Shown here one piece after another: positions 1 through 8,464 of a stretch of DNA of 64,000 nucleotides. Each line of letters starts with the position of its first letter. Position 1 is the stretch's first letter. This DNA comes from Candidatus Zixiibacteriota bacterium (GTDB lineage Bacteria; Zixibacteria; MSB-5A5; WJJR01; JAJRUJ01). The position numbers and the translations under genes are program-made. Under the pieces are notes generated by a model. That model worked only from the letters and a program-made list of their open reading frames with translations. It ran no database searches and had not been told where the DNA came from. The stretch spans positions 15,221 through 79,220 of the forward strand of contig JAGVQM010000019.1 of NCBI GenBank assembly GCA_020051695.1, in the 5' to 3' direction.

Positions 1-1
1 G

Positions 2-820
2 GAGTTTTCAGCGATCAAGGAATTTGATGATTATACCTACGTGCACTCGACCAATGTCTGCATTTATTCGATCACACTTGGTTTGCGGCTGGGGCTGGAC
101 CGGAGCCGATTGTCGCAGCTCGGCTTTGCCGCGTTGTTTCACGATATCGGCAAGACCAGGTTATCCCCCGAATTGATTGGCAAGGCCGGGGCATATGACG
201 ATGCGGACTGGCGGGAAATCCGGAAACATCCCGCGCTGGGCGCCCTGACCCTGGCGATGATGCCGGCGACCGATGCCCACAATTCTCGCGCAGTGCTGGT
301 CGCCTATGAGCATCATTTGAATCTGGACGGCACCGGTTATCCGCCGTTGCCCACGCCCCGTGAACTCGATTTGTTCTCGCGGATCGTGGCCCTCACCGAT
401 TCCTACGACGCGATGACCTCGGGACGGGTATATATGAAAACCCGGCTGTCTCCGGATGAAGCGGTGCACCGGCTGCTGCGTCAGAGCGGCTTACGGTATG
501 ATGCGGTGCTGTTGCAGGCGACAATCCATGCGCTCGGAGTTTTCCCGGCCGGGACGTTCGTGCGGTTGAATACCGGCGAATATGGCATTGTGCGGCGCAA
601 TAACCCCCTTGATATTTTCTGCCCGGAGGTTATCGTTTTCCATGTGCAAGAGCACGGCGTGATCATCGACCGGACGATCCAGCTTAGTGCGCGCGATGCG
701 GAGACCGGCGGGTATCGGGCATATATTGCCGAAATTGTCGATCCGGAGACTTTGGGCCTGACCACTAGGGAAGCGCTGGGCATCGAATGGACGGAAACTG
801 CCTCTGCGGCGATCGAGTAA
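2..820 (+). CDS. HD-GYP domain protein (c-di-GMP phosphodiesterase family), 5' end cut by window edge
   Basis: Frame is open from nt 2 upstream of the tracked GTG at 41 (EFSAIKEFDDYTYVHSTNV). HD motif FHDIGK and HHLNLDGTGYP (GYP) motif are present. Confidence 0.85.
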   Translation, partial: EFSAIKEFDDYTYVHSTNVCIYSITLGLRLGLDRSRLSQLGFAALFHDIGKTRLSPELIGKAGAYDDADWREIRKHPALGALTLAMMPATDAHNSRAVLVAYEHHLNLDGTGYPPLPTPRELDLFSRIVALTDSYDAMTSGRVYMKTRLSPDEAVHRLLRQSGLRYDAVLLQATIHALGVFPAGTFVRLNTGEYGIVRRNNPLDIFCPEVIVFHVQEHGVIIDRTIQLSARDAETGGYRAYIAEIVDPETLGLTTREALGIEWTETASAAIE

Positions 821-927
821 GGCACCGTACCCTCATATTTTTGTCAACCCGGCCCCCCCGACCAGCGTATAACAAACCGAGAAGCGGGATAACGGTACTC
901 CACAACGTGTAATCAGGGAAGGTAAAC

Positions 928-2199
928 GTGAGTTTCCCGGTCATTGCCTCACTGGTCGCCGTCATGATCCTCTGCAGCGCAAGCAGCGGACGGGCCGAAC
1001 GGATTCTGATTCCGATGGACGTCCGGCAGACCGATCATTTGAAGGCCTATGGGGTGGCCTATTGGGCCCTCGAGCAGGGAATGAATGTTGAATGGTTGCT
1101 CAACTTCGAGGGCGGGTCGTTTCTCTGCCCGGCCGTGTCGGACCTGGCGGATACCTGTATCGTGCGTGGTGTCCTGTTTACCCGGATTTCCGAGCCGGAG
1201 GCCGAGCAGGTGTATACCCGGGTCGAGCAGGAAAACATGGAAGTTGTCCTCCTGGAGAAGGCGCCGTCTATTGCCATTTATACTCCCCCCAACAAACAGC
1301 CGTGGGATGACGCGGTCACCCTGGCCCTGACCTACGCGCAAATCGCGTATACGACGCTCTGGGACGAGGAAGTCCTGGGTGGCGAGCTGAGCCGGTACGA
1401 CTGGGTGCATCTCCATCACGAGGATTTTACGGGGCAGTACGGCAAGTTTTACGCGTCGTACCGGGGGGCGTTATGGTACAAGCAGGAACAAGCCGTCAGC
1501 GAGGCGATGGCCCACCAACTGGGCTACCATAAGGTTTCCGAAGAGAAAAAGGCCGTGGCCCGGGCGATTAAAGATTATGTCACCGGCGGCGGTTTTTTGT
1601 TTGCCATGTGCTCGGCGACGGAGACTCTGGATATAACACTCGCTGCCGAGAATGTGGATATTGTGCCCTCGGAATTCGACGGTGATGCATATGATCCGGA
1701 CTGCCAGGAGCGCCTTGATTATAGTAAAACCATGGCATTTAATGGCTTCTCTGTTTCCCTCGACCCATTTGCCTACACTCATGGAGACATCGACACCACG
1801 CCGGACCGGAAAACGAACCGGTATGGCCCTAAAGGGGATTATTTTACCCTCTTTGACTTTTCCGCCAAACTGGACCCGGTCCCGACGATGCTGGTGCAAT
1901 GCCATGTCCCGGTGATCAACGGCTTCATGGGTCAGACTACTGCTTTTCGCAAGTCGCTGCTAAAAAAACATATCATTATCCTGGCTGAAAACGAAGGGCA
2001 ACAGGAAGTGCGATACCTCCATAGCAATTTTGGGCAGGGCACTTTCACCTTCCTGGGAGGGCATGACCCGGAGGATTACCAGCATTTTCTTTATGACCCG
2101 CCTACCGAATTGGCGTTGCACAAAAGCTCTCCGGGGTACCGCTTGATCCTCAACAACATATTATTCCCTGCGGCGCGAAAAAAAGAACGCAAAACATGA
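928..2199 (+). CDS. Secreted conserved hypothetical protein
   Basis: 423 aa ORF with N-terminal signal peptide (VIASLVAVMILCSASSGRA). No catalytic motif I can assign with confidence. Confidence 0.6.
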   Translation: MSFPVIASLVAVMILCSASSGRAERILIPMDVRQTDHLKAYGVAYWALEQGMNVEWLLNFEGGSFLCPAVSDLADTCIVRGVLFTRISEPEAEQVYTRVEQENMEVVLLEKAPSIAIYTPPNKQPWDDAVTLALTYAQIAYTTLWDEEVLGGELSRYDWVHLHHEDFTGQYGKFYASYRGALWYKQEQAVSEAMAHQLGYHKVSEEKKAVARAIKDYVTGGGFLFAMCSATETLDITLAAENVDIVPSEFDGDAYDPDCQERLDYSKTMAFNGFSVSLDPFAYTHGDIDTTPDRKTNRYGPKGDYFTLFDFSAKLDPVPTMLVQCHVPVINGFMGQTTAFRKSLLKKHIIILAENEGQQEVRYLHSNFGQGTFTFLGGHDPEDYQHFLYDPPTELALHKSSPGYRLILNNILFPAARKKERKT

Positions 2200-2545
2200 T
2201 GTAAACCACTCGTTAATCGTCGTCTTTCGCGGTAATACGCGAATTTGTACCGACCCGAATTTTATTTCGACGGAGACACTTTCGGTTTCGATTCGTGGCA
2301 AAAAAAGGCCATTTATCGGATAAAAAAGTTAATATTTGCTTGCGCAATGGGGGGCGATTTGTAGATTGGTGGTGCGCGTTGCTGTGAGTTGAAGAAAAAC
2401 ATCGTCGTCCGGTTTGACTTGCGCCGGGTGATGGACAATCTCCGAGTGAGACCATAGTTCGATATATGTCGGGAAAAAGTGGGGCAGGCCGGGGCTTTGC
2501 GGTGGAGTGAAGACTTTCGGTGGCAAGAGAAAGGGATGAACTACA

Positions 2546-3244
2546 GTGAAAAATTTGACAATCATCGTCGACAATAATCAGCGGGATTCGGCGGTCCCCA
2601 AGTACATCGAAAGCAAATCCGTGACCATTGAATATGCCAATTTGCGCACCGGGAGTTATTTGATCACCGATAACATGGCCATCGATCGTTTGACCAGCAC
2701 GCAATTTGTCGAGCTTACCTCGCAGAGGGCGTTATTCCGCCGGCTGCTTGATTTCAAGAAAACGTATGAAGAGCCGGTCCTGCTGGTCGAGGGCAATAGT
2801 CTGGCCAAGAATAAAAAAGTCTCCGGCGGCGCCCTGCGCGGGGCGATCTCCTATATCTGCTGTTTGAACCGCATTCCGATTATTTTTACCGCGGATGAAG
2901 TTGAGACCGCCGAGATGCTGTTCATTATCGCCAATCAAACACAGTTCGGCCTGGGCTATGAAGTCTCGGCCCCCGAACCGGAGACCCCGGCGGCGAGTGA
3001 AGGGCAACCGGTAAAGCCAAAGACTCCCGAGGATATCCAGTCGTATATCGTGCAGGCGCTGCCGGATGTCGGTCCGGCGCTGGCAACATCGATTATGACG
3101 ATGTACGGCAATTTGCGCACACTATTTTCCGCCACGGTCGGCGACCTGACCAAAGTCGAGGGCATCGGGCCGAAAAAGGCCAAGAAAATCATCGAGGTCT
3201 TCGATCTTGATTTCGCCGAGGAGAAAAAAGGCAAGAAAAAGTAA
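2546..3244 (+). CDS. ERCC4/XPF-like nuclease-fold protein with C-terminal (HhH)2, catalytic motif apparently degenerate
   Basis: N-terminal IIVDNNQRDS...LRTGSYLITDNMAIDRLTSTQF follows the ERCC4 layout VDxRE...GDY...ERKxxxD. C-terminal LPDVGPALATSIM and VEGIGPKKAKKIIEVF are two helix-hairpin-helix motifs. GTG start. Confidence 0.65.
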   Translation: MKNLTIIVDNNQRDSAVPKYIESKSVTIEYANLRTGSYLITDNMAIDRLTSTQFVELTSQRALFRRLLDFKKTYEEPVLLVEGNSLAKNKKVSGGALRGAISYICCLNRIPIIFTADEVETAEMLFIIANQTQFGLGYEVSAPEPETPAASEGQPVKPKTPEDIQSYIVQALPDVGPALATSIMTMYGNLRTLFSATVGDLTKVEGIGPKKAKKIIEVFDLDFAEEKKGKKK

Positions 3245-3270
3245 CAGCTCTGCCTGCACGCCGCTCTGCT

Positions 3271-3296
3271 GCCCGCCTTCGTGCGGGCTTTTTTTT
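3271..3296 (+). terminator. Rho-independent terminator after the ERCC4-like gene
   Basis: GCCCGC-cttcgt-GCGGGC hairpin followed directly by T8, 27 nt after the stop codon, between convergent genes. Confidence 0.8.
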
Positions 3297-3387
3297 GCAT
3301 GCGCACAGGGCATATGGGGCATCGCTGAATAATGCCGGTGGCGGTCGGGAAAAACCCGGCGGGATGATGGTGATAAAATCAGGCCGA

Positions 3388-4029
3388 TCAGCTGAACAAT
3401 TTGAGCAGCCAATCGTCGATGAGGAACTGCACGCGCTCGATCAGCAGCGAAATACGCGCCATCACGGTATAGCCGAACGACGCGCCGAAGCCGATCATCA
3501 ATGTCCAGATGCCGACTTTGGCGATGCCGCCGGTGGCGCCTTTGTGTTCCTTGGAGAAAAAGAAATAGACCAACGACGTGATGATGCCGATCACCACCAC
3601 GACCGTGTTGATACCCGCCCAAAAGTCGGTTTGCGAATTATGGAGAGCGACAAACGACTGCACGGTGCCGAAGATTTGTTCGAGGACTTTGGTCTGCATC
3701 TCCAGCGGGATCGCGACGCCGGTAGCGATGCCCAGATAGAACGCCAGCGGGTACCGGGAAATCCAGGCCCAGCGTTTGACGATCCGGGTCCACATCAGGA
3801 CCCCGAGGAACGCCGGGATAAGATACCACCATTTCCCGGCCAGCAGTTTCTGCCAGATGTTGGGGATAGCCACGTTGACGTACAGGATAGAAACCCAGTA
3901 CCCTGCCGAAACGCCGACGACCAGATGTTCGGTAAATTTATAGAACGGATTGTCCTTGTACAAAAACGAAAAAATGCACAGGGTCAGCACCGCGGCGACG
4001 GTTGTGGCTATGGCAGTGGCGAAATCCAT
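3388..4029 (-). CDS. Cassette subunit A, copy 1: polytopic membrane protein of unknown family
   Basis: 213 aa with multiple hydrophobic segments. Motifs SFLYKDNPFYKF, FFSKEHKGA and FGYTVMARISLL are shared with 34920-35684 and 38640-39383. Start lies 3 nt after the B1 stop. Confidence 0.85.
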   Translation of the reverse strand: MDFATAIATTVAAVLTLCIFSFLYKDNPFYKFTEHLVVGVSAGYWVSILYVNVAIPNIWQKLLAGKWWYLIPAFLGVLMWTRIVKRWAWISRYPLAFYLGIATGVAIPLEMQTKVLEQIFGTVQSFVALHNSQTDFWAGINTVVVVIGIITSLVYFFFSKEHKGATGGIAKVGIWTLMIGFGASFGYTVMARISLLIERVQFLIDDWLLKLFS

Positions 4030-4032
4030 CGT

Positions 4033-4902
4033 TTATAACCCAACCCTGTTCTTTTTGCGGGTGGCAAAATACCCGATGTTACCGACGATAATAAAAATAA
4101 TAATAATTGAGTGCGCGACCACCTGCACGCTCATGCCTTCCACGGCCTTCCCCGGCGTGCCGACCAGCGTTTCATATTCTGCGGCGCCCTGTAATCCACC
4201 GAGGATTCCGAAAATCTGACCGGTCTGCAGATAGGGGTAATAGTCGGTGGCCATGACCCCGGTGACCCCGATGGCCAGCGGAACCTGATACCGGCCGTTG
4301 CCGTATGTAATCCACCAGTCGGTCGCGGAGGTCCCCGAAATGTTGATCACGGCTTTGATATTCTGGTAATTGCGGATACCCTTCATCATCGGCAGCGAAT
4401 CCAGCGGCACATTGTAATAATCGTTGGGGAAGGGGATCCGGTAGTTTTGTCCCATGCCCAGGATAATCAATATCGGGTATGGCTTGTAGCCCAGGAACAC
4501 CCAGTCTTTACCGCTTTCGGGGCGGTAGCCGGTCAGTTCAAAATGCCGCTGGCAGGCCGTGTCGATGGCTTCAGCAGCCATCCCCGGCCCGTTTTGATGC
4601 AAGGCGGTGATAATGACTTTGATCTTCTTTTCAAAACATTGTTTCAGGACGGCCCGCGTCATCGGGTGCAGCTCCGCAAGCGTGGAGGGATCGTAATCCA
4701 TCGCCAGATGGATATAATCGCCGTCACTGAGACTGTTCATATAATCGTAAATGCTGCGCGCTTCCTTGGAAATCGGGATCGGAATCACCGGCTTGGCAAT
4801 GACCGAGAGGACCACTGCCAGCATCAAAAATCCATAGACCCACCGCCGGTCGATGGCGAACATGCGTTCGAAAATGTTTTTTCGCGAATTCTGCTCAGTC
4901 AT
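4033..4902 (-). CDS. Cassette subunit B, copy 1: bitopic protein with a large central soluble domain
   Basis: 289 aa. IDRR followed by an N-terminal TM, a central domain with DYDPSTLAELHPM and GGLQGAAEYE, then a C-terminal TM followed by a basic tail (RKKNR). Paralogs at 35688-36548 and 39380-40237. Confidence 0.85.
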   Translation of the reverse strand: MTEQNSRKNIFERMFAIDRRWVYGFLMLAVVLSVIAKPVIPIPISKEARSIYDYMNSLSDGDYIHLAMDYDPSTLAELHPMTRAVLKQCFEKKIKVIITALHQNGPGMAAEAIDTACQRHFELTGYRPESGKDWVFLGYKPYPILIILGMGQNYRIPFPNDYYNVPLDSLPMMKGIRNYQNIKAVINISGTSATDWWITYGNGRYQVPLAIGVTGVMATDYYPYLQTGQIFGILGGLQGAAEYETLVGTPGKAVEGMSVQVVAHSIIIIFIIVGNIGYFATRKKNRVGL

Positions 4903-4920
4903 GTTCCACCCGAGTTCAGA

Positions 4921-5547
4921 TCAATCCTTGCCCAGATATGATCGTTCAATACCCAGGACCACTTTCATCGCCGTCGAGACGATCCCCAGCCCGACCCCGA
5001 TCAAAATCGCCCGTTTGGCCGCCAGGTTGGGGACATTCAAAATCCAGTCCGAGGTTTTGCCGACCACCGAGGTCAGCGGCCCCAGCGGGAAAAACCGCAT
5101 CATGACGATGATGGCGGCGACCAGCAAAATACTGGCTAAAACCGAGCGGGCACGAAATGCCCGATAAGCGGCCGAGGCAATGAAAAAGGCCAGCAACGAA
5201 AACATCGTCGCCGAGATCGGGATCATGATGTTGTTGAAACTCCAGTCGAACGCCGTCGATAGCGGGGGATAATGATGGCCGATAACGCCGAACGCACTCA
5301 TGACAAACAAGCCGATGAGGGTGACGATGGAGTAACGCCAGGCCTCCGTTTTCCGCCTGATTCTGGTGATGCTCACGCGGGTCAGCGAAATGACGCCGAG
5401 CATCAGCGCAAACACGCCGATAATCGGCGGCCAGTCCAGGGCAATGAATTCGTAGAAAAACTCAGACTTTTCGTGGGGTACGAAATACTGCACGACCATA
5501 AACAGCCCGCAGGAAAAGATAATGATCAGTGGAAACTGCCGTTTCAT
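4921..5547 (-). CDS. Cassette subunit C, copy 1: polytopic membrane protein
   Basis: 208 aa. MKRQFPLII N-terminus, FFIASAAYRAFRARS, and NVPNLAAKRAILIGVGLGIVS..VLGIERSY. Paralogs at 36553-37341 and 40255-40917. Confidence 0.85.
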   Translation of the reverse strand: MKRQFPLIIIFSCGLFMVVQYFVPHEKSEFFYEFIALDWPPIIGVFALMLGVISLTRVSITRIRRKTEAWRYSIVTLIGLFVMSAFGVIGHHYPPLSTAFDWSFNNIMIPISATMFSLLAFFIASAAYRAFRARSVLASILLVAAIIVMMRFFPLGPLTSVVGKTSDWILNVPNLAAKRAILIGVGLGIVSTAMKVVLGIERSYLGKD

Positions 5548-5556
5548 ATCCGTACC

Positions 5557-6906
5557 CTAAATATTCAATGCAAAATAATCCGTGAGCCAGCCCAGATTTA
5601 AAATCCCGGCAATCACTCCGATGACCATGGCCACCAACAGGAGCGCCTTGGCATAATCCTGGGCCTTTAACGTCCCCAACAGAATCGGTTCCCGTCCCAG
5701 GTAGGCCGATGCCGCGTATAATTCCTCACCGATGAGCGTATAGTCGCACGCCACAACGAAAAACGGAAGTTGGGTCACCCGGTCGGTCCCGGAAATCTGG
5801 ATCGACCCGGCCAGCGAACCGGTTTCCGCCAGGATCAGCGATTCGGCGTAGAACACACCCAGGTAGAAATTCGTCGCTGTCTGCCGCCGCAACATGACAC
5901 CGTTGACTGCGGCGACATAGGCAAACTGGTTTTGGGTGACAAAATAGACCATATCTTCGTTATAATCATCCACGCGGCCGGCGTCGATGTAGGCCTGTTT
6001 GACCGTTTCCTGCGCAATGGTCATCACAATCGAATCATAACAGGGGACGATAAGTTCGGTCTGGTACTCGGCGACTTTTTTGGCGACGCGGGAAAGAATG
6101 GTAAACGAGGCAATGGTGGCGATTTCATCGGGCGCCCCCAAACCGAGCACATACAAGATCGGCCGCCCCATTTCGGTCGCGCGGCCGATGGCCTCATCGA
6201 CGGCGTTGATCCCCGCCAACGGCCGGATATACAGTTCCCTGCCGCCCCTGGCCAGTCTGACCATGGTCAGCATCAAGCCCCCGAAGATCAGCACGGCCAG
6301 GACGACCCATGTTTTCCCCGTATGATACCACTGCCCGGATGATTCGACCGGGCCGAAGATTGCGGATTCAGAGACGGCGCCGCCGGTACCGACAGACAGT
6401 ATTTTAAACGAGAATCCGACATCGTCGGGAGAATAATCGTTGCCTTCGCGGGCCTTGCCGCCGCGATTAAAATATTCTGCAGTACCCGCGGGGATACTCG
6501 CAATTGTATCCCATACGCCCTCAACGAGATGCCACCAGGTGCCCTGTTCGTTACGCCATTGGGGCCCGTCGCCCTGTGGTTCGGTCAACGGACCCGCCCA
6601 GCCCGGCGTACGCAGGATCCTATATTGCAGGACATTGTTCCGGCCGCCCAGATCATCGGCGGAGATGTTCCAGGTCAGATGGAAGGCATGGCCATGGTCG
6701 TTGGGGAGGTCCACCACTTGAAGATTGCTGATCGGCGCGGGGGGAGGTTCGACAATAATGGTCGTGGAATCGACAATCAGCGTATCAGAATGGGGTTCGT
6801 CAACTTGCGCTGCTGCTGAAAGGGATAAAACACAACAAATAAAAACGGTTGCGGCTATGCAAATCCAACAATGGGTTGTCCTCACCCCAGCGGCCTCACC
6901 AATCAT
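5557..6906 (-). CDS. Cassette subunit D, copy 1: signal peptide + FN3-like ectodomain + TM + conserved ~230 aa module + C-terminal TM
   Basis: 449 aa. Signal peptide ending SAAAQ, FN3-like HLTWNISADDLGGRNNVLQYRILR, TM WVVLAVLIFGGLMLTMV. Conserved motifs GRATEMGRPILY, AESLILAETG and LPFFVVACDYTLIGEELYAASAYL. Paralogs at 37350-38615 and 40951-42195. Confidence 0.85.
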   Translation of the reverse strand: MIGEAAGVRTTHCWICIAATVFICCVLSLSAAAQVDEPHSDTLIVDSTTIIVEPPPAPISNLQVVDLPNDHGHAFHLTWNISADDLGGRNNVLQYRILRTPGWAGPLTEPQGDGPQWRNEQGTWWHLVEGVWDTIASIPAGTAEYFNRGGKAREGNDYSPDDVGFSFKILSVGTGGAVSESAIFGPVESSGQWYHTGKTWVVLAVLIFGGLMLTMVRLARGGRELYIRPLAGINAVDEAIGRATEMGRPILYVLGLGAPDEIATIASFTILSRVAKKVAEYQTELIVPCYDSIVMTIAQETVKQAYIDAGRVDDYNEDMVYFVTQNQFAYVAAVNGVMLRRQTATNFYLGVFYAESLILAETGSLAGSIQISGTDRVTQLPFFVVACDYTLIGEELYAASAYLGREPILLGTLKAQDYAKALLLVAMVIGVIAGILNLGWLTDYFALNI

Positions 6907-7108
6907 CGGCGGCTAAGAAACCTAAATCCGAGCCAAAACGCAACCCCAAAAAGTGGAAATATCAGCGGAGTACTGTGAATATTATGTAAATATGCAGTAG
7001 AAAGAATTCTCGTGGCATGGGCATCTTCCGCCAAGGGCGGACAGGTGCCCCCGCAGATACACGGGCGGGACGCCCGTGCCACATGGTCATCATAGTCCGG
7101 GACTCGGG

Positions 7109-8458
7109 CTACGCCAGCTCAGCAAGAATCTTCTGAAAATCAGGAAAGCGGGCAAGGATGACATCGGCGTTGTCGATCGTCGTGTCCTTTTCACCGGATA
7201 AACCGGCGACCGCGAAAGCCATGCCGATATCACTGTCACCGTGACAATCAATGTCGGCGGCGTGCCATTCGGTAGGTCCTTCAATGGCCCAGCCGTCCTC
7301 CAGCTCGGCGACTTTGACCCCCATGCGGCGCAGGTTTTCGGTAACCGCGGCAAACGGCAGCAACCCGACATCCTGCAATTCTTTCGCGCCGCGAATCACA
7401 GTCACCCCCACCGCCGATCCGGCGACAACAGCGATTAACGGGAGCTGCCCCGCCAGCGAGGGAATTTCCGAGGCGGAAACTTTGGTAGCTTTGAGCGTCT
7501 CGCCGACCACCTCGATATCACCCACCGGCTCGCCGTTTTCGATACGCCGCTTCTGCGTGGTGATCTCGGCCCCCATGCGCCGCAGGATTTTCAACAGCCC
7601 GGTCCGCGTGGAATTCAAGCCGACGTCGGTGACGACAATCTCCGACCCCGGCCGCACGGTGGCGGCGGCGATCAGCGGCGCGGCCAGCTCATAATCGCCG
7701 GGGATGACCCAATCGACCGGCTGCAGCGGCGCCGCATGCGGAGTAACCGTCAGCCGTTTATGAAATACTTCCCGTTCGGCCAGCGCCTCGTCGGGACGCA
7801 GCAGTTGTTCGCGGCGGCTCAGCGGGCGCTCGGGCCGGACAATTGACGGTTCAATGCCATAGGCAGGTAAAATCCGCTCCAGACTGTCCGGCAACGGCAA
7901 ATCTTCGGTAATTTCGGTGGTGGACGAGGCAAACAGGGCTGCCATCAGCGCAACATCTTTAACCATCGGCAAGCAAGAGCCGGTGGCAATCAACGAACCG
8001 CGTGGCTGGACCGAATTGAATTTGATGCTGGTCTCATCGTTCTCACTGATTTCCGGCAAGATGCCCATGACCGCCAGGGGCTCGAAAACGGCCGCGCGGA
8101 TTGCCGCAGGCACATCTCCAACCAGTGTCGACGGCTGTTTTCCCCCGGCCAGCAGGCCCGCCAATAACCAGTAGGCGACGGGCGCGTCCGGACAATTCAA
8201 CTCGAGGGTGGCCGAAGTCTCCACGCCGGGCGGCCTGCCGTCGATTTGGATAACATGGCGCCCGGCGTTCACGGCCGAGCCGAGCCGGCGGACGCAGTCC
8301 AATACAGTTTGCGCACCGTGGTGCTCCGGCCAGTTGTTGATCGTCGATTTTCCGCCACACAACACCGACAGCACCGCTGCCCGCTGTGCCAGCGCAATGT
8401 CCGGCGGAAAACGGAAACTGCCCCGCACCCGCCGTGTCGGTTTAATCGTCAGTTTCAT
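7109..8458 (-). CDS. EPSP synthase (AroA/MurA fold) family protein, divergent, canonical active-site residues apparently absent
   Basis: 449 aa. VGLNSTRTGLLKILRRMGAEI, EPVGDIEVVG..LKA and a C-terminal MAFAVAGL..FPDF all follow the AroA layout. However, PPDIALAQR replaces PGDKSxSxR and ELQDVGLLP replaces ELRVKESDR. Starts 6 nt after the argS stop. Confidence 0.6.
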   Translation of the reverse strand: MKLTIKPTRRVRGSFRFPPDIALAQRAAVLSVLCGGKSTINNWPEHHGAQTVLDCVRRLGSAVNAGRHVIQIDGRPPGVETSATLELNCPDAPVAYWLLAGLLAGGKQPSTLVGDVPAAIRAAVFEPLAVMGILPEISENDETSIKFNSVQPRGSLIATGSCLPMVKDVALMAALFASSTTEITEDLPLPDSLERILPAYGIEPSIVRPERPLSRREQLLRPDEALAEREVFHKRLTVTPHAAPLQPVDWVIPGDYELAAPLIAAATVRPGSEIVVTDVGLNSTRTGLLKILRRMGAEITTQKRRIENGEPVGDIEVVGETLKATKVSASEIPSLAGQLPLIAVVAGSAVGVTVIRGAKELQDVGLLPFAAVTENLRRMGVKVAELEDGWAIEGPTEWHAADIDCHGDSDIGMAFAVAGLSGEKDTTIDNADVILARFPDFQKILAELA

Positions 8459-8464
8459 CAGAGA

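Noticed and set aside
3295-4038. Long plus-strand ORF (247 aa) antisense to cassette subunit A1. Similar long antisense ORFs occur at 5770-6342, 29535-30518, 31524-32516, 36349-37320, 41443-42234, 54322-55014 and 59618-60331.
   Set aside because: Their products are Arg/Gly/Pro/His-rich and low-complexity, which is typical of shadow ORFs in high-GC DNA. Each lies entirely opposite a gene with clear family motifs or paralog support.
6907-7020. AT-rich stretch upstream of cassette copy 1, inspected for a promoter and for a leader/terminator like the one upstream of copy 3.
   Set aside because: There are only weak hexamer matches with wrong spacing (for example TTTACA with no acceptable -10 at 16-18 nt) and no hairpin plus U-tract. 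A promoter is likely here, but I cannot place it.
7060-7078. Hairpin CACGGGCG-gga-CGCCCGTG downstream of the aroA-like gene, considered as a terminator.
   Set aside because: On the minus strand it is not followed by a U-tract (the following bases are tatctgc), so it cannot be called an intrinsic terminator from sequence alone.
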